Source: Dendrobates tinctorius (lineage: Eukaryota). Taken from it: 64,000 nucleotides of DNA. Below are positions 58,673-64,000 of this stretch, in pieces. The stretch spans positions 11,036,001 to 11,100,000 of the forward strand of contig NW_027361773.1 of assembly GCF_039654945.1 (NCBI RefSeq), written 5' to 3'. Within the stretch, counting starts at the first letter, position 1. Every line of letters starts with the position of its first letter. A program made the translations under genes and the position numbers. Below the pieces are notes generated by a model. The model saw only the letters and a program-made list of their open reading frames with translations. It was not told where the DNA came from and searched no databases.

Positions 58673-60124
58673 TTAAGTAATTGCTTACCATGCTGGGTGT
58701 GGTTGAACCTCAAAAGGTCGAAAGATAAAACCGCTCATCAACCAGCCCCAGCACTATATTACTATTAGGCTGTGTGCACACGCTGCGGAATCTGCTGCGG
58801 ATTGATCCACGCGGATTTTCAAAATCTGCAGATAATCTGTGGATTATCCTGCGGTTTTGCCCAGCGGTTTTACCATCTCCACAATGGAGGAGATGGTAAA
58901 CCGCTGCAGAATCCACAGAAAATTGACATACAATTCTTTCTGCGGTTTAGAAACCGAAGCTAAATCTGCGCGGACAATTCCTTTTCCCATAGGGAATAAT
59001 GGTACTGTACTCCGCAGCAGAAACTGCTGCGGATCCGCAAGGCCAAATCCTATAAGAGGATTCATTTTCTCTCGAAGAGAAAATTCATTTTTTTTAGATT
59101 CTGCTCAGTAGCAGCTGCTTCTGTAATATTATAGATGACACTCCGGGATGTCATCCAATGATAGAGCGGCAAATAATGATTGTATAAAACATAAGCATAC
59201 AGCACATGTCCCCCAACAAGTTTCACCAAATGCTGGGTGTCATCACGGGACAATGGAAGTCAAGACTATTTTTTTTTCTTCTTTGTAAAGGTAGCCATGT
59301 CACTTTTTGGGCTACCAGTAATGTGGACTCTCCTATATTTCTATTGACAGATGACAGTGAGTGGGGGCTAGTTTTGTGGGACGAGTTGAGGTTTTTATTG
59401 GAACCGTTTTGAGCACGTAACATTTTGGATTGCTTTAATGGCTTGGTTCACATGTATCCTGTGTTCTAACTTGTGTTCCTACACCAAAGTTTCTGTGTGA
59501 ATCTGCAAAATGAGTATTTAGATAAAAACCCTAACAGAACCATTCACTATGATGCAGCAGGTAGAGTTACTCTGGACTTTATCAGGCCAATATTCCAGCA
59601 GTGTTTGTCTTTTTAGACCACAAAGGACTGCTCTGTTATGGTTTGTCTAAAGGTTTTAACCGAATCCTGCTTTTGGTAATTTTACAAAAACACTTTTGCA
59701 AAAAAAAAAAAAAAATGTTTGCGTTGCCATCTTTTTTTCCCCCATTTTAATTCTGACAGAGCTGTGTAGGTTTTTTATGTAAGATAATTTTAAATTTTCG
59801 TTGGTACATTTTTAGGATACCTAACATTTTTGATCACTTTGTATTCCAATTTTTCCATAAATTTGAGGAAAAACTATATCCAACAAACAAGAGTAAAAAA
59901 TATTACGGTAGACAATTCTTACATGAGGAAAATTATCCAATATATTTATGAGAGACAAAAGTATATAAACTTTTAATATTAGCAAATAATTTACGGAGGA
60001 CATTAAATTCTGCCATTTTCAATCAATGGGATGACAGTCAGGAGTTAGTAGGCTACCGGTTTTATTTAAATAATAGGGATCTAGCAAAGTCTAATCTTTA
60101 TCATAGCAAGAACCAAGGTAAATT

Positions 60125-60972
60125 CACCATCACTGAAGGAGAGCTCACTCATCTCCTCTCCAAACCATACCTCATCATGTGCTCTTGACCCCATTCCATC
60201 TTCTCTCCAACCTCACCGCCAGTTATCCCAGCACTAACCCAGCTCTTCAACTTATCAATAACATATGGTACCTTCCCCTCTGCTTTCAAACATGCCACAA
60301 TTACACCTATCCTGAAGAGGCCATCCCTGAACCTGACTTCTACATCCAGCTATCGGCCCATATCACTGCTCTCGTTCGCCTCCAAATTCCTAGAAAAGCA
60401 CATCCACACTGTACTTTCCTCCCATCTTCCCTACTCATTGATAACCTTCAATCCGGCTTATGTCCCTACTATTCCACAGAAACTGCCCTAACCAAAATTA
60501 ACAACGACCTACTTACTTCCAAAGCTAACAAACATTTCTCTATACTCCTTCTAGATCAGTCCACTGTCTTCAACATAATTGACCACTCCCTCCTATTAAA
60601 AATCCTTTCTTCCCTCAGTATCACAGACATTACCCTCTCCTGAATCTTCTCATACCTCGCTAACCGCACATTTAGTTTTCCATACACTACCTCCTTCATC
60701 CCATCCCCACTTTGCCAGAGTCCCTGAAGGATCTCTTAGGACCCCTACTCTTCCCCATATACACCTTTGGCCTGTGACAACTCAAAGTTCCATGACTTCA
60801 AATACCACCTAGATGCTGATGACACTCACTCTGATCTACCTCTCTGGCATAGACATCAACTCTCTGCTGTCCAGAAGCCCAGAATTTCTATCAGACAGAT
60901 CCGCCTTCTCATCACGCTTCCTAAAGCTCAACATAGACAAAACTGAATTTACCATCTTTCCTCCATCTCGCC
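60125..60972 (+). mobile_element. L2 LINE fragment, same family as 16891
   Basis: Colinear with 16891-17760; LQSG, STETAL and LKLNIDKTE remnants; cut by Tc1 at a TA. Confidence 0.88.
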
Positions 60973-60974
60973 TA

Positions 60975-61390
60975 CAGTGGTGTGTAAAAGTATGGCCCTC
61001 CTGGTCAAAATGACTGTTACTTTGGACAGTTAAGCAAGTTGAAAATGAAATGATCTCTGAAAGGCCTAAAGTTAAAGAGGGCACATTTCCTTTGTATTTT
61101 AGGCAAGAAAAAAATAATTACACATATTATTCATTTTTTTCCATTTTCAAAATTATAAAAAGGAAAATGGACTGATGTTAAAGTTTGAGCATCCTTGGAG
61201 ATTTGTGTGCTCAGATAACTTTGACCAAGGTTTTAGACATTAATAAGCCTGTTAGGGTTATGGCTTGTTCACCATCATCGTTAGGAAAAGCCAGGTAATG
61301 CGAATTTCCTAGATTTATAAAAAAAAAAAAAAAAAAAACACACAACAGCCTTCTCTAACCTTGTGATAAAAAACTGCAGCCTTTTGTCCT
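60975..61390 (+). mobile_element. Tc1 left end
   Basis: ta-cagtggtgtgtaaaagt TIR start; internal aaagtttgagcatcc direct-repeat-like motif. Confidence 0.6.
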
Positions 61391-62150
61391 TCTAAACAGC
61401 TGCCTAGCACAACGAAAATGAAAACGGTGGAGGTCCACAAAGCAGGAGTCTGATGAAAGTGTCATGCCCGCCATGTCTGTTATGCTGCAGGATCCCTGAA
61501 AGCAGTGTGCACATGCATCTCGTGACTGTTTTGCTGCAAGATGCCTGGAGCAGTGTGCACGCGCGCTTCGTCTCATGGCTGCCTGCCAGTCGCATTTGTG
61601 TTTTACCTCATGGCTACACGCCGTTGCTTGTGTGACCAGCCGTCTCTGCTCTGCCTGAAGCAATCCTCTATGTGGTCCTGCCCCTGATCATGTGACCTTT
61701 CCTATGTTCCAGCACTGTCTGATCCAGCTAACCTCTCAGTGTTTCTGGAGCCCCTGATCATGTGACCTTCTCTACGGTCCAGACCAGTCTGATCTAGCAA
61801 TGCTCTCTATGATCCTGGAGGATCTGAACCGGAAGTCCTTCCCTGGTCCTGACCCGGAAGTGCAGGTGCTATATCAGACCGCCACTTCCTATGGTCGGGG
61901 CCTCAGTATTGTGTTGCTTCCCTGCATGGCTGCTTGGTCTGCTCGGTCGCTCCCTGTATTCTGTGCCCCTGCACTCTGCCCTGTCGTGCGTCTCTGCACA
62001 TGCTCTGTGCTTGTATTCTGCCTCTTGTCCTGTGCCATGTCTTGTGTTTGTCCTTTGTGCCATGTTTTGTCTCTGTCATGCTTTGACTTGTAGTCCTTCC
62101 TGTGTTCTCTGCCTTTGCCTGCTTTGCCATGTCTTGCCTTTGCTCTGGTT

Positions 62151-62590
62151 GGTGCTCTGTTGTGCCTCCTGGCACACGCACCATTCCTGCTCTCTGACCT
62201 ATGGTGCTCTCTTGCACATTTCCAGGCTAGTCTCAAGGTTCTTCCTTGACCCGGCTCTGGGCTTTGGGCTACGCTCTGCTGCTATCCCTGTTCTCTGCCT
62301 GGTGCTCTGTTGTGCCTCTTGGCACACGCACCATCTCTGCTCTCTGACCTATGGTGCTCTCTTGCACATCTCCAGGCTAGTCTCAAGGTTCTTCCTTGAC
62401 CCGGCTATGGGCTTCGGCCTACGCTCCGCTGCTAGCCCTGTTCTCTGCCTGGTGCTCTGTTGTGCCTCCTGGCACACTCATCATCTCTGCTCTCTGACCT
62501 ATGGTGCTCTCTTGCACATTTCTAGGCTAGTCTCAAGGCTCTGCCTTGACCCGGCTCTGGGCTTCGGCCTACGCTCCGCTGATAGCCCTA
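62151..62590. repeat. 3 x 150-bp tandem repeat
   Basis: ggtgctctgttgtgcctc at 62151, 62301 and 62451. Confidence 0.93.
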
Positions 62591-62989
62591 TAATCGCTAT
62601 AACCCGACTGTGTTTCTGCCTATGTTCCGCTCCTTGTTCTGTACTTTGCCTAGCCTTGCCTTGCTTCTTTGTGTGCCCTTTGCTTGCGCCTGGCCTTCCC
62701 TAGCCTTCTGTTTGTGCCTCAGCCGTGCCCGCCCTAGCCGTGCCCACCTGCTTGTGCCTCAGCCGTGCTCGTCGGCCAGTGATAGCTGTGTCGCCTGTTA
62801 TGCCTCAGCCGGGTTCGCCTCAGTCTTGCCCGTCTGTCTGTGCCTCAGCCCAACCAGCTAGCCAGTGCCTCAGCCATGCTCTCTGTGCTTCCTTGCACCC
62901 ACGCTGTCTCTGCACTGTGCTTTGCATGCTTCTCTAATAGCACACGGAGGCCCAAGCCTGCCCCTTGGCATACCTCCCCGTGCTTCTCT

Positions 62990-63440
62990 AAAAGTACGCG
63001 CAGGTCTTGCCATGTACCCTGTCGTGCCCTCTTGCACGCACAGACCCTAGCCTGTACCCTGTCGTGCCCTCTTGCACGCGCAGGCCCTTACCTTAGCCTG
63101 AACCCTGGCGTGTCTCCTAGCATGCGCAGGCCCCTGACTTGAACCTGACCCTGGCATGCCCCTCTGCACGTGCAGGACTGTGCCTTGTACCCTGACCCTG
63201 GTGTGTCCCTTGGCACGTGCAGGACCTTGCCTTGGACCTTGAACCCTGGCGTGTCCCTACACACGCACCATGTCTTGTACTTTGACGTGTCCCCTACACA
63301 CGCACCGTGTTTTGTACTTTGAACCTGGCGTGTCCCCTACACACACACCTTGCCTTGGAACCTGGTGTGCCCCTAGCACGCACCCTGCCTGGAACCTTGC
63401 CTTGGACCTTGGCGTGTTCCCTAACACGCACCATGTCTGG
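62990..63440. repeat. Degenerate ~40-bp tandem repeats
   Basis: Recurring ccctggcgtgtccct..cacgcac motif. Confidence 0.8.
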
Positions 63441-64000
63441 AGAACTGTCGTGCCTCCTTGCCTGAACCCTGGTTTGCCTGCCGAATGCCCGGAACCTGCC
63501 GATCACTGCCAGAGATTGTAAGCCTGATGACTGCGGCCTGATGTCCAGAGCTGATGTCCGCAGCCTGATGCCCTGATCCTGTCGATCGTTGCCAATTGTC
63601 CGGAGTCCGATGCCATTGAGCCCTTGCCTGTACCCAGGCATGCCACCTGGCACGTATCATGCCATGGACCTTGGCGTGCCACGCACGCACCTTGCTGTGT
63701 TTTGCCTGTTATCACATTTTGCACCTGATGTTACCCTGAGTTTGCCTTAATGAAGCTACCATGAATTCACGTTTTGTCTTGTCTTGTTTCCTGCACATCC
63801 TTTGTCGTCAGACACTCGTACTTAGGGTCTACCTGAGCCGGCCGTCTGGTCCCAGCTGTCGTGGTGGCTCACCCCCTTGGTCTTGCCCCTGACACTCCCT
63901 GTATAGGGGGTGGTTCCTCACAAGGTCAGTTCGCCCTAGGTGGGTGGGTGCCACGACTCAGAGGGTCCACTCTAAAGAAAACGACTCAGCGTAAGCTGAC

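Larger units (their letters stand above)
61630..64000 (+). mobile_element. Probable long LTR (Gypsy-like) with internal tandem repeats
   Basis: TG start; CT-rich repeat-filled interior; end resembles amphibian LTR 3' ends. Right boundary at or beyond the window edge. Confidence 0.45.

Noticed and set aside
46615-64000. Further upstream FBH1 exons (Walker A, TFHS motif)
   Set aside because: No matching coding segment found by eye; they probably lie beyond 64000.

Overview
Eukaryotic genomic DNA, most likely from a frog; this is inferred from the repeat families and not verified. The only host gene found is the 3' part of FBH1 (FBXO18, F-box DNA helicase 1) on the minus strand. I reconstructed 12 GT-AG coding exons between 46614 and 10784 (1564 nt, consistent phases, about 520 codons) carrying UvrD/SF1 helicase motifs II-VI. 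No upstream exon was found in 46615-64000, which is presumably intron. The rest is mostly transposable elements: an L1 ORF2 with polyA tail, a near full-length CR1, two L2 fragments, two DIRS tyrosine-recombinase retrotransposons (one with intact RT-RNaseH-methyltransferase and YR ORFs), Penelope-like pieces with hammerhead ribozyme motifs, several Tc1 elements (one DD37E/TRT-type), hAT, Harbinger-type and Kolobok-type MITEs, a duplicated SINE and a probable LTR. The most interesting observations are: (1) a 63-65 nt GT-AG intron just upstream of the ORF1 zinc finger in both DIRS families; (2) splice donors at the 3' termini of both DIRS, 127-219 nt upstream of FBH1 acceptors; (3) symmetric donor/acceptor cassettes in unrelated MITEs; (4) two TSD-flanked fold-back insertions, one with paired hammerheads and one a ~600-bp-arm palindrome with a micro-inversion. 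All calls come from reading the sequence; TE boundaries are approximate unless a TSD is quoted.
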